From NCBI RefSeq assembly GCF_006345805.1, contig NC_043001.1, positions 56,606,001 to 56,670,000 of the forward strand: a stretch of 64,000 nt of DNA, in the 5' to 3' direction. Below the pieces are notes generated by a model, which was given only the letters and a program-made list of their open reading frames with translations, searched no databases and was not told the DNA's origin. Shown here piece by piece: positions 25,411 through 38,621 of this stretch. Every line of letters starts with the position of its first letter. The stretch's first letter is position 1. The DNA comes from Octopus sinensis (Eukaryota). The position numbers and the translations under genes were made by a program.

Positions 25411-27329
25411 GACGCCGATTACGATGTTGTCGGGCAGCTGCATACTTCGTGTCTCTGCTACGTACGCGTGCTAACTTAAAATACAACAAAACTGATTCAG
25501 CCTTGTGAAACAGGTTTGGTTTGTGCCGGTAAAAAGTAAACGAAATTATTTCAAACACTGGAATATTTTTTTATGCTGAGAGGAGAAAGACAAACCTAAC
25601 GATTCGAACAAAGAGCTGAAATATCAACTTATTTAACATTTCTTCTTTCTGTGACAAAGGATTCTGCTCGAATAATTTAAATTTCTTTTCTTCACAACAA
25701 AAATATAATTCACAATCTCAGCTTTTTTATAACATAACACAAACTATCGCAAAATTAAAACACTTTTGTTTGATAAAACCAAGAAGCCGAAGAGTTGACC
25801 ATCGTGTGTACAAGCATCTTTAACACTTCCTTTCTTGTAGGTCTTGTGAGGAGAAAATACGCTGTCCTACGACCTTCGTAGCACCTTCCGAACCAGTGTG
25901 ATATCTGGTGAAATATTCAAAAGTAATTCCAGATGAAACATACGGGAATAAACAACATGGCGGAGCAATTATATGCGGCTTTCTTTATAAGCCTGCAAGC
26001 ATTCACGATCCGATATATATCCTTGATGACAACTATGACGTCGTAGTCATATATCTATAACGGTTTAAAGATGTAAGATCTATATAATTTAAAGTTAAGA
26101 TCAAAGCTTTTTTTTGTTGTCGTTGCAGGAGATCTATACACACTGCCTTAGATGACGTTATGGTTGTTGTTGATGTGGTTATTGATGCTACTGCTGTTAT
26201 TGTTGTAATATTCCTTAGAGGATGTTGTAATCTTATTAATCTAGGAGTCCTGCTGTTGTGAACTAATTTCGTGGCAGTAGCTACTGATAACAAAAAAAAC
26301 AACAACAATAAAGTAATAATAATAGCAACATATAAAGAAGATAAAAGAAATGAAAAATAAAATAAAGAAACCATGTTGTCTGCGAGAGACATTCTAACAT
26401 TTCGATTGTTATCTCTTGAAATATGTAACAATATCAAGGTTAACAATTTGATTTTGTAGTTTGTGAATACTCCTACCACATACATGCACACATACATACA
26501 TATACACGAGCACACAAACACACACACATATACACACACACATAGAGACGCATAGACAAACACACGCACTCTGGCAACACAAAAAATCTCTTTCAACATA
26601 CATAAATACACATATACAGACATGGAAATGCACACATACAGATACAGGCGCATAGATATACACTCTCGATACACATACTCACACAGAGAAAATTGTGTTA
26701 AAATATACATACACATAGATATTCAGATGCAATACACACACACACACACAAAGTCGTATTACAACATGCATACACAAACAAACGCACACACTCATATACA
26801 TATACGGAAGATGCACACATAGACATAAACTGCACATGTAAATACACATTAACATACACACATGCACAGACTACCGATGACGCAGACACATAGCATTTCA
26901 TTAAAATATTTTCGTACACATTTAGACATAAATACAAATATATACACATATACAAACATTTGTACAGCATAAGCAGAGGAAAATCCTCTTACCACACACA
27001 CACACACACACACACGCATTCACACGCACGCACACATATGCACGACTACAGAGCAAAGTATTTACAACGCATAATTACACAACCTACACAGACACAGATA
27101 CACGGAGACTTACATATTCTTCATACATACTCATACACACAATTACCGACATACGCAGACATACTTGGAACGCTACGACATACAGACTAAAAGATCGTAA
27201 ATCCCCTTCCTACATACTGACACGCACATACCCAATGAAATATACGCATATATATTCCTTCCTTATACTCGTATATACGCATATACAGACCGACATATAC
27301 TGACCCAAATTATGTTAAGATCGCACCGC

Positions 27330-27725
27330 ATTCTGGTTAGAGAGGGAAATGAATAACTTGAAGGAAAGAACGTAGATAAGAGAAGTGTAATGAAGAGTAA
27401 GGAGAAAAAGAGAGTAAGAATATGGGGAGGAAACGTTTGAAAAAGAGAGGGGGAAAAGAAAAAAAGGATGGGTGGAAGGAAAGAGGAAGGTAGTAATAGA
27501 GAGAAAGAGGAACAGCGTATGAAGAAAGTGTAAAAGAGGAAAAGATGTAAAGGGAGATAAGAGACGTATAATGAAGGATAAGGAGGAAGGATAAATGGAG
27601 TGAAGATGTAATGGAAAACGAGAGAGAGAGAAAGAGAGTGAAAGAGTGAGAAAGAGTAAGGGAAGGAGTAAAAGGGAGAGAGAGAGAGAGATAAAGGTAT
27701 TTCAGTACTGAGAGAGGTAGAAAAA

Positions 27726-27760
<35 letters not shown>

Positions 27761-28170
27761 GTTGTATGTGCATGTATATATATGTATGTGTGTGTGTGTG
27801 TGTGTTTGTGTAGAATACAGAGGAAAATGAAAGAGAGAAAGAAGAGTAGAAGTATAAAGAGAGAGATGAGTCACATGGTGATATGAATGGAGAAAAGAAT
27901 GAGATAGAAAGAAAATGGAGAAAGAGAGAAAGAGTGGGAGAAAGAGAGAGAGGAGAGAGAGAGAGAGAAAGAAAGAAATGCAAAGATGGAGAACGAGCGT
28001 GAAGAGAGGGGAAACGAGGAATGCGGGAGAGAATTATATAGATACGAGAGAAATTGAATGAAGGGCAATGAGAAACGGTGGGTAAGGAGATAGATGTGAA
28101 AAGTTTAATAAAAAGTGAAATAGGGACAACACAATACTAAGAAGAGTTTGACGAAAGACAGGGAAAGAGA
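27330..28170. repeat. Purine-rich (GA/GAA) low-complexity region with embedded (GT)n
   Basis: Strong purine bias on the + strand. Confidence 0.8.
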
Positions 28171-28199
28171 AAGGAAAATATTCTCGCGCACGCACATAC

Positions 28200-28239
28200 A
28201 TATATATGTATGTATATATATGTGCATATATATATATGC

Positions 28240-28287
<48 letters not shown>

Positions 28288-28382
28288 TTTACACATATAT
28301 TTGTTTGTAAGTGTATGTGTGTTGATAATATATATATATACATATATATATACATATATATATGCACATATATATATATTTA

Positions 28383-28440
<58 letters not shown>

Positions 28441-28531
28441 CATACATACATACATACAAACACACGCATATGTATATACATCTGAAACATATAAAAGAAT
28501 AAAAGAACAAAAGAATATATGCGTGTATATA

Positions 28532-28581
<50 letters not shown>

Positions 28582-28621
28582 TATATGTATATATATATAT
28601 ATATATTCATATATATATATA

Positions 28622-28655
<34 letters not shown>

Positions 28656-28680
28656 CATATATGTATATATATTTATATAC
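28200..28680. repeat. (TA)n/(CATA)n compound microsatellite field
   Basis: Direct. Confidence 0.95.
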
Positions 28681-29658
28681 ATGCGTACATGGAGAATGAG
28701 AAATGGAGAGACGAGAACGAGACTAAGGAAATGTGGTGGTAGTGGGGAGGGGGTTGCCATTAAGCAAGAGAGAAAAAAGTAGACAAAGGAGAAAAAATAG
28801 AGAAAGTGTGAAAGATGAAAGAGAGGAAACTAAAAAGAGCAAAGGAGGAGAAGAAAAAAAGGCCTTGAAAAATAAGGCAGAGAGTCGCATGAATGGATAA
28901 ATGCAATGAACAAAGAGAGTAAGGTTATAGAGGAAACAGAGGTGAAAAACTGAACAGAAATGTGTGAAGAAGTTGGTTAAAATATGGGTGCTACACAAGA
29001 TGAGATGAATTACAGAGAGAAGAGATAGAAAAAAAAAAGCTGTGAATAATTAGGAATAAAAGAATACACTAAATAAATTATTACATAAATGAAAGAAGAA
29101 TGAATGAAAGAAATTATATAAGAGAGAAAGAAAGGGAAGACGATATACCAGGAGAGAAAGAAATAAAATTCTATTTGAAGGCACACATGTGTATTCACAA
29201 GAATGTTCCAGTATAATAACGAGCATACACACACACATGCACAAGAATATATGCAGATATATTTACAATATAATATGGCATACGCACGTGTACAAATAGA
29301 GACAACCGTATATTCTTTTACAAATTCAGTATTTGGATCACTGCCGGCCTGGGGCAACACTTACAAGTGTTTTTATTAAGCAGTGGTTCTAAACCATTTT
29401 ATGTTTATGGGTCCCTTTCATTCCTATATTACTCGGGTGTAGCCACATAGCCATTCGGTGTTTTAAAAAATGGTATCATGCTCTCATAATTAAATATTAT
29501 TAGGAATTATATTAAAAATTGTTAAAATATTGTAAATGTTTAAACAATTTATTGCACATAAATTTTAACAAAATCTTTTACGGAACCCCATCCAAGGATC
29601 AACTAGACCTTGGTTGAGTACATCAACTGTAGATATCTATCTTTTTATTTATTTATTT

Positions 29659-29694
<36 letters not shown>

Positions 29695-29729
29695 TTTTTT
29701 ATTTATTTATCTATACACATACTTATATA

Positions 29730-30285
29730 CATGGTGGCTGCCCCCTCGTTAGCGAGTATGGCCATAGCACGAAGCTTAATCAATGTTGTTATCGTGCAAT
29801 GCCTGTGCAAGGAGATTTTTTTTAAAGTGAGGAAAGGCTGTGCACTGAGTCAATCTCACTCACTAAGCAACAGCAGCCATAATCCGAAAAGAAGAACAAG
29901 TCAACATCATCGGTAACCACTGAGCCGCAGGTTTTATGTTGGAGTTACCCCAGTTACCTGAGTTACCTTCTCCTAGAAGGATGCCCTAACAGAGGCTAGG
30001 AGTCCTTCACTCCTAATGGTTTAACCGCGCGATCGGGTATTCAGTCATATTATTTCTATGTCACCGCGCATGATACAGCCTTAAGACATTTATTGGATGA
30101 CCGTTGACTCTCAAGAGTTCCTCCGCCCTTTGATGGGTTTTGTTTTTCATCCCGCAGGGTGTCCAATAAACACCCTCCTCACCAAGCAAGCTTGGTGGGG
30201 TTGCCGGTTTAGTCGCCGACGACCCGACCATGTAACAGGTTGTACTGGGTTATATGTTACCAGTAGCACTCGAAAGTGAGCTGAC
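29730..30285 (-). mobile_element. Non-autonomous RTE derivative (5' UTR joined to 3' end, about 555 bp)
   Basis: RTE-type 5' UTR motif CTAGGAGAAGGTAACTC (plus-strand 29960-29976). The 3' end CTCG-CTAA-CGAG-GGGGCAGCCACCATGTAT parallels the end of the long RTE. No ORF. Confidence 0.7.
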
Positions 30286-30321
30286 ATACAACTTACATAC
30301 ATACCTTCATACATACATACA

Positions 30322-30354
<33 letters not shown>

Positions 30355-30357
30355 GCA

Positions 30358-30810
30358 TTCTTATACTTGTTTAAGTCATTTGACTGCAGCCATGCTGAAG
30401 CACCGCCTTTAGACGAACAAATTGACCCCAGAATGTATTCTTTGTAAGCCTCGGTCCATTTTGCCAAACAGTCAAGTTACAGGGACGCAAACACAGCAAC
30501 ATCGGTTGTCATGCGATGGTGGGAGGGACAAACACAGAGACAGACAGACACAGAGACAGACAGACACACACACACACACACACGCACACATACACACGTA
30601 CACACACACACACATACACACACACACACACACCACATACATATATACAGCGGACTTCTTTCAGTTTCCGTCTACCAAATACACTCACAAGGCTTTGTTC
30701 GAACCGAGGCTATAGTAGAAGACAATTAGGCAAGTATCACGCAGTGGACCTGAACCCAGAACCATGTGGTTGGGAATCAAGCTTCTTACTACATAGCCAC
30801 GCTGCGCCTA
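30358..30810 (-). mobile_element. tRNA-derived SINE family B (CORE-like) with internal (CA)n
   Basis: CTTTCAGTTTCCGTCTACCAAAT..ACTCACAAGGCTTTG..GAGGCTATAGTAGAAGACA; homologous to 33439-33785 and 60140-60495. Confidence 0.9.
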
Positions 30811-30836
30811 TACACACACACAGATACACACACATA

Positions 30837-30965
30837 TTATTGTGTCTGGGGAGAGTCATTCTCTTTTAGTGCCTTATTTTTTAACACGCTCACCGGTTCG
30901 ATTTCCACGCATTTACTTATTTATTTCTCTAAACTTTTCGTTGCTTCTTGCGACCTTTTCGAAAA
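30837..30965. mobile_element. 'TGTGTCTGGGGAGAG' repeat family copy
   Basis: Aligns with 5910-6030. Confidence 0.75.
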
Positions 30966-31022
30966 ATGAATATATATATATATGTACACATATGTATATC
31001 CGCGCACAGGCGTGCGCGTGCA

Positions 31023-31070
<48 letters not shown>

Positions 31071-31082
31071 CACGTACCCATA

Positions 31083-32400
31083 TGTGTACAGTTACAACCA
31101 CGAAGGGCACAGTTTCGACAAAGAAATATGTGGGTCGTATAGAGGGGAATTTCAAGGCCAGGTTCAACAATCACAGCTTGAGCTTCAGGCACTACGATGA
31201 AAGGTAAACGACCAAATTATCCAGTCACATATGGTTCTTAAAAGATAAAGATGTCAGTTTCAACATCCACTAGAAGATCTTAGCCAGGTGTAAGCCTTAC
31301 ACCAACGGCAGTGGAAAGTGCGGTGTTTGTGATATGGAAATATTTGTTACGTTTTTGTTCCCCCCAAGATCACAGAACTTGCTTTTTATATTGTGTCCAC
31401 GTACAAGCTCTTTATCTCTCTATACTTTTAATATATATTCCTTATATATTTTTTACATATTTACAGAGATATATTTTTATATTTTTATTGCTTTATATAT
31501 TTTACACATTTTTTCCTGTATTCTACCTTCCACCCTGCATTTTTCTTGTGCATGTGGGTATATAGACATGTATATGAATTTCGTGCGCGCGTGCGTATGT
31601 GTGTGTGTGTATGCGGGTATGTATACATGTACATGTATATGTACATGTGTGTGGTTGCATATATACGTGGGTGAACATGCGAGTGTTCCACGCGAGTATA
31701 AGTAAGCATATACATATATAGCATGTACATATTTTAGAGCTGCATTTGAATATAACTGTGCGTGTATGGGTACGTGTACGTGTGTGTGTGTGTGAGCGCG
31801 TGTGTGCGGATATACCTATGTGTACATCGGGCGTGTGTGTGTGCGCGTGTGCGGATATATATATGTACATGTATATGTACATATGTATCGTTGCATGTAT
31901 GGGTATGTGCACATGTGTGTGTGGGTGCGCGCGCGATTTTGCATACGTGTACATGCATGGTTGCATATACATGTGCGTCTATTTGGCGCATGTTTGGGTG
32001 CACACGTGTGTGTTTCATGCGAGTGTGAGTGAGCATATACATATAAAGACATGTACGTGGGTGTGCGTGCGCGCGTGTGTATATATGCACATGCGCGCAT
32101 ACGTAATTGCTATGAGTATTTTTAATCCTTTACTTTTTATTTCCTCCCCTTTGGTTTTTTTCACTTATTTAATTGTCATTCTAATAGATCTTTTGTCTTA
32201 ATAACGGTCACTTACATAATAATTTCCAATTGTTTAACGGTCATTTTCATAGCATATTTTAGTTGCCTCGATAACTGAAGAGATGCCGGTGCAGGTTTCC
32301 GCCTCGACATCCGAAACTCGGAGTTTTATTATGGCAACCGAATAATTATCACATATTATATTACAGATAAATTCATCTATTTACATAATATCGAGGTCTC
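31083..32400 (+). mobile_element. 3' part of a Penelope-like element: GIY-YIG endonuclease, microsatellite-expanded UTR, hammerhead
   Basis: KKYVGRIEGNFKARFNNHSLSFRH...*TTKLSSHIWFLKDK..FNIH*KILARCKPYTNGSGKCGVC (31083-31340, two stops), then a hammerhead at 32262-32338. Whether the endonuclease and hammerhead belong to one element is inferred. Confidence 0.7.
32262..32338 (+). ncRNA. Type I hammerhead ribozyme motif (PLE pLTR type)
   Basis: GTTGCC-TCG-ATAA-CTGAAGA-GATG...CATC-C-GAAA-CTCGGAG-T-T-TTAT-TAT-GGCAAC: extended stem I with an internal loop, near-palindromic stem III, GUU triplet. Confidence 0.7.
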
Positions 32401-32461
32401 TTTCATTCTCTTGTTGTCTTACCATTACTATTAACACACACACACACACACATACACACAT

Positions 32462-32510
<49 letters not shown>

Positions 32511-32977
32511 GCTGTCAACTCGTAGATTTGTATGACCATCACCTATCGACGATCTGATCCGAGCTACAAAAGACAATGTTTAACAGCAATACTCGTGCTG
32601 ACATTTAAAGTTAATAACGGCTTGCACGCCACCGCCGAAACTCTCACCTCCTTAACCAATTTGTCCAGAAAGAAGCAAGTGCAAGATTTCGAAGTCTCGC
32701 AGTGAGGCGGTATTATTTTGGAATGTTCTGCTCTCAGACATAAGTTTAAGGTCTCGGATATTTCACTCCCGGGTATTAGCTGGTTGTTGAATCTATTGGG
32801 TTCATCCGACTTATAATATGTTTTCATGTCTATCCTGCTGGGTATCCCTCGAAAAACCACCTTTCATACAAAGCAAGATTGATAGCGTTGCTGGTTTTAT
32901 CACCGACTTCAAGACTGTTCCATAGGTTGCACTGGCTTACATGTTATCTGCTACAAGCATAGACACACACACACACA

Positions 32978-33023
<46 letters not shown>

Positions 33024-33099
33024 ACACACACACATGCACAAACACACATGCACACACATACACACACACATGCACACACACATGCGCACACGCACACAT

Positions 33100-33149
<50 letters not shown>

Positions 33150-33401
33150 GCATGTTCCTTTCAGATTTATTTTGTTTTTTCCTTTACCGAATTCAACTGC
33201 GTCGCTAACAAAGTGACAAGGTTGTTTTATTTAAGCCAAGATAGCTTTTGTAGTTTGTAGATATATGAATTGGTGTGTTGATGTATTTATGTGTACGTGT
33301 TTCTGTCATGTATTACCTTGCATTCAGTGGGTGTACATGTCACTTAAATATACTAATATCAAAGGTCCATTACTGTTTATCTGAGTTTATTCGTGTATTT
33401 T

Positions 33402-33438
<37 letters not shown>

Positions 33439-33781
33439 CTTTACTCTTTTGTTTGTTTCAGTCCCCAGGACTTATTCTTTGTAAGCCTAGTACTTTTTCT
33501 ATCGGTCTCTTTTGCCGAATCGCTAAGTTACGGGGACATAAACACACCAGCATCGGTTGTCAAGCGATGTTGGAAGAGACAAACACAGACACACAAACCC
33601 ACACATATATATACATATATACGACAGGCTTCTTTCAGTTTCCGTCTACCAAACCCACTCACAAGGCTTTGGTCGGCCCGAGGCTATAGTAGAAAACACT
33701 TGCCCAAGGTGCCACGCAGTGGGACTGAACCGGAACCATGTGGTTGGTAAGCAAGCTACTTACCACACACCCACTCCTGCG

Positions 33782-33785
<4 letters not shown>
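33439..33785 (-). mobile_element. SINE family B
   Basis: Well-conserved head (reverse complement of ATAGGCGCAGGAGTGG...GGTTCAGTCCCACTGCGTGGCACCTTGGGCAAGTG). Confidence 0.9.
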
Positions 33786-33821
<36 letters not shown>

Positions 33822-33866
33822 TATATATATATAGTATATATATATATATATTATATATATATACAC

Positions 33867-33917
<51 letters not shown>

Positions 33918-33973
33918 CACACATATATATATATATATATGTATATATATGTATGTGTATATATATATATGTA

Positions 33974-34024
<51 letters not shown>

Positions 34025-34044
34025 ATAATATATTATATATATAC

Positions 34045-34190
34045 TATTGCGTCTGGGGAGAGTCATTTTCTTTTGTGCCTTATTATGTAACACACTCACC
34101 GGTAAAATTTCTCCCCACACACAATAGAATATGCTTCAACACACGAATTCGTACAAAGAATCTTGCAAACCAAATCCAAAAACGAAATAT
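34045..34190. mobile_element. 'TGTGTCTGGGGAGAG' family copy with an internal inversion
   Basis: 34045-34109 is forward and 34110-34190 is the reverse complement, relative to the copy at 5846-5985. Confidence 0.75.
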
Positions 34191-34871
34191 ATATATATAT
34201 ATATATATATATTCTAAACAAAACTGTCCGACGAACGGGAACGTGAAACTCTGAGTAACAGTTCTTGTGATATTTCTGCTGCTTTATAATAAAGTATATA
34301 TATATTTGTGTGTGTGTGTGTGTTTATCTATATATGGATATATATATATACACACACACACACATGTGATTGTGTGCATGTATTCAACAAAGGGACCTCA
34401 AATAGGGAATCCTTGGAATGTTTCGCATATTTTCAGTCGTTATATTTAGAGAATATGAATCAGATTGCTTTGTTCTTTCTTGGAGAATCTCAGCTTGTGA
34501 AAGTATATATTTTTTACATCTATTGTTACATAGCCCAGTGCACCTATGATAATTGGTTGAAATGAAAAACAATAGCTTAGATAAAAAGAGGTGTACATTT
34601 CTCATTAGTTCACCGTAAATGCTCGTGCTTTCCCCAGTTTTTGACGAGACATTTACGTCTGCCGGGCAGTTGATCTCTCAGCAGAGGATGATTTTTCGAT
34701 GCCTGTTCCATGAACCAATATAGAAGAATATCATTGCCTATTGTTTTTACACCGTATGTTTATTCTTATTGCAATATTCGAACGACAATGTGTATGTGTA
34801 GATGTAAGGATATTAGTATGCATCTTCTTGACTGTTTATCTTTCTTTCTTTCTGTTTGTTTGTCTATCTGC

Positions 34872-34903
<32 letters not shown>

Positions 34904-35412
34904 CTTCTTTCTCTCTCACTCATTCGCATTCTCTCTCTCCTTCATCCACACTATTTCTCTCTCTATCTACCTTTCAGGTCTGTCTCTCTTTCTCTGCCTG
35001 TCTCTGCCTCTCTCTTTCTCTCTGTCCGTCTTTCTCTATCTCACTCTGTATCTCTCTACGCACACAATCACACACACATTCGCTCACATTGCAATAAGAA
35101 ACACAGAAAAGGCACTCGATATTTTAAAGAGTTATAAAGATGCACATTTCGGCAAACCAGATGGTTACATAGTCGGCATTACCAGAAAGAATCCCACACT
35201 CGTTTGTCTCGCGATGTAATGAAAGATAGGCTTCGCATAGTGTAGAGTATAGGAGTTGAAGGTGGAAATATGTACCGAACGAACCCAAATTGGTTGAGTT
35301 AGGAACATGTCAGGATTTACTGCACCCTTTTATTGTACACACACACACACACATACACGTGTATATATACGCATAGATATATATGTGTGTATGCGTATAT
35401 ATATATATATAT

Positions 35413-35451
<39 letters not shown>

Positions 35452-36202
35452 CATGTATATCTGTGTAAGTATATGTGTGCGTGCATGTGGGTGTCTATTT
35501 ATGTGTGTAGTTGTATTCAAATGCTGAATTAACCATCGTTTATAATGCTTTTCATCAGTTTCCTCGTGCATCACTGGCTATTGATGTTAATCTACCGAGG
35601 TTATACAGAAGTTCGGATGATAATGAAAAAAAAATGTTGCTTTCAAATAATTCTTAAATTATCGACGACGTGTCTGTATTTATACTGCTCTTAATCTATA
35701 CTTCAGTATGTATACTACTATTTATACCTCGGCATTCATACTTCTGCAAAATCACATGTATTAATAGAAATCTTTTCTAGTTTTGCTTGTATTCTAACAC
35801 GTTCTATGATTCAAAGCAGAAAGATAATAAAATGTTGTTAAATGTTCTACGTTAAATCAAGGGAATGCTCTTTACTTCAGGCCTTCATTAATATCTCCAT
35901 TATAAATATGAGTTTTCAATTTCAAAATGTTTATATTGATAACTTACACAAATATTAGAGTGCTAGATGTATGTAATGTTTGCCATGCATAAATGAAACA
36001 GAATTTGTACAGCCGCAGCGAAACGTCGCTCGCAATTGACTTCAGATTTATGTTCTGATAAGTAATTCTGTATACATACATACATGCATACATACATTCA
36101 TACAGACACACACACGCACGCACACACACACACACACATACACACACACATACATATATGTACATGCATATATTTACATGTACATATACATGTGTGTGTC
36201 TG

Positions 36203-36275
<73 letters not shown>

Positions 36276-36439
36276 GTTTATATATGTATTTGTGTGTGCA
36301 TTACTTACGTGCTAGCGTACATCTTTAGATATTAAGCTTTATTATGAGGTATGTCCATAGAGTTTGACTGTCACTGTTCTCATAAATTAATTAAGAAGAG
36401 CTAAAGACATAAGAGACTACTTTTTGCGCTAATTAAAAA

Positions 36440-37390
36440 CACTTTAAATAAATCAACAGGTGTGCCAGACATTTCCTTATTGCAAATGTTCGTTCAGGGA
36501 ATTAATGCTAACTTGGAAGTATGGAAGAACGAGCTGTAAAGAGCAGCATTTATGGTTGAAATAGTGATGAAGACTATTTCAAAGACGTACTGGAAACTTT
36601 GACTAAGTATAATCTAGTTTGGAAATATCTAAAGTGTACTGCAAATGATTACGGAAAAGTAAGTGGCTGGAGTAGGTAAACTTTTTGTTGGATAAATGTA
36701 CATAGATTGTGGCGATAAGAGACGTAAAAAACCCGTATTATTTCAATGCATCATCAGTCATTTGTGGAAATCCATTAGATTCCTCATGAGTAATAGAAAC
36801 ATTTATATCAGCAGTGGATTTTATTCGATCGCATGCACGCAATCATCGACAGGTACGAACATATTTTTGGAAGAAAGATAAACTAAATATAGCGATTTTC
36901 TGAACCAACCTGCTGTAAAATGGCTTATCAGCGTTAAAACTATCTCATGACGTTTTGAATTACGTATGGAGATTGACATTTGGTGAATGAGAAAATCGTG
37001 CTCAGCCATTCCATGCAATCGGTGAATGGTCCGGGAAATTGGCATTGTTGGCTGAATTAATGTTTCATCTTAAAGCGTTCAGTTTAAGATTTTATGGCGA
37101 TTCCGAGTTTATATATACAAGATATACTCTGCCGTGAAGCTTTTCAACATAAATTAACCTTCCTTTACTCCGGCTAATATTATATAACTTCAATTATTTG
37201 CCCTGCTGTGAAAAATGCAACAGAAATTTATTCTCCATTTACATCAGAATTCGCTCAAGGATCTCACTCATCTAAAGCTACACTTGCTGCAGCAGTCATC
37301 AGATCACGATGTAAATACAAAAGCATTAAGATGTGTCAGAATCCATTTGACTGCATTATCGAGAAACTTCAGTCAGATCTTCCACTGGGG
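36440..37390 (+). mobile_element. hAT transposase pseudogene (GTF2IRD2/SPIN-like)
   Basis: Frameshifted LNKSTGV..MFVQGINA, YNLVWKYLKC, KPVLFQCII, AVDFIRSHARNHRQ, AVKWL, RFELRMEID and QNPFDCIIEKL follow the hAT motif order (DEST, CIIH, RWL). Confidence 0.8.
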
Positions 37391-38621
37391 TGGGGGAGTT
37401 CTTGACCGGTAGTCAAATGACAAGTTAAAAGACAAGCACTAAATGGAAAACTTGATGGACTTTTATAAACGCCTCGCAGACAAAGAACATTCTTTGCACT
37501 AAGATGGGTTTTAGCATTTTGTACAACATATTTAAGAAAACTAAGAGTTTTTCAGTAATTACCTATACGAATTCTGTTTATAACTCAGTGTTTACTCATG
37601 ACTGGTTTCAGGTAGGTTACACTTCAAGAACCCCAAAATCTGAAGCAACATTCTATAGTATTTTGTAATGCCATTCCTCCCGCCCACAAATTTTCAATTT
37701 TCCTTAATTCACAATATATGCAAATTTCTGTAGGTGATATGTTCTGATGACAGATAACATCTCATAAACTGACTGTCAAAATTTTGCCAGCTGAGACTTG
37801 AGGGTACCTATATGTACAGTGTTCATTAGTAATTCCATCAACAGCAGCTCCACCGACACCATCACATTATCATTAAAACTTCTTCTGTCGCAAAATGTTG
37901 GTGCTAAAATAATAAATAATATCGCCGGAAGGAGTGTCCTTGCATAAATATGATCTACAGGTTATTGAACACACACACACACACACATTCTGATTTCAAT
38001 TGACAGTAGCTCTACAAGTATTAGCAAAATGACAGAGAAGGAGAATATTTGTTGACACTTGCTTCAAAATATGTCGCTACTCTACTGTATTTTCAAGCTG
38101 AAATTTATATCGATATTGCATTTGGCTATTTTAAATATTCAAGTGACAATCTTGAAAACCTACGCTTTTCAGGGAAATAAGACTAACAAGCATTTTACTA
38201 ATACGATCAATAAACTGAAGGATAAAGACATACAAGAAAATTCTAAAATTCGACACATAACACATAATGCTGATGTCATCCAAATTACATCAATAGAGAT
38301 TTCTTTCAGTTGGAACCCAAATTTTACTTGTAATGAGAAATCTAATAATTGATTAAAGAAACATATACATTCAATTATAGAGCCATAACGTTTGTCAATA
38401 TGATATCAACACATACTATACGGAGCTGGCATAAACTGGGCGGGTCAGACGCCTCTAGACAACACTGACAAACATCCCCGTCCTTTCGTTACTTTGTGAA
38501 TCAGAACAAACTGAAATATTGTCACTTCACCTTCCAGGTATTCCACAATTTTCCTCTTCCATCTATACACACCACACCCAAACACTTCAATATATATCTA
38601 TAAGTGTGATGCATATATATG

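Noticed and set aside
25825-26040. Good splice acceptor and donor around 25841-25922, and an AACATGGCGG (YY1/Kozak-like) motif near 25955
   Set aside because: All three frames of the putative exon contain stops, the ATG opens only about 29 codons, and single motifs are expected by chance.
32540-32935. GC-richer unique segment with a 98-aa minus-strand ORF
   Set aside because: No recognisable domain and no clear splice sites.
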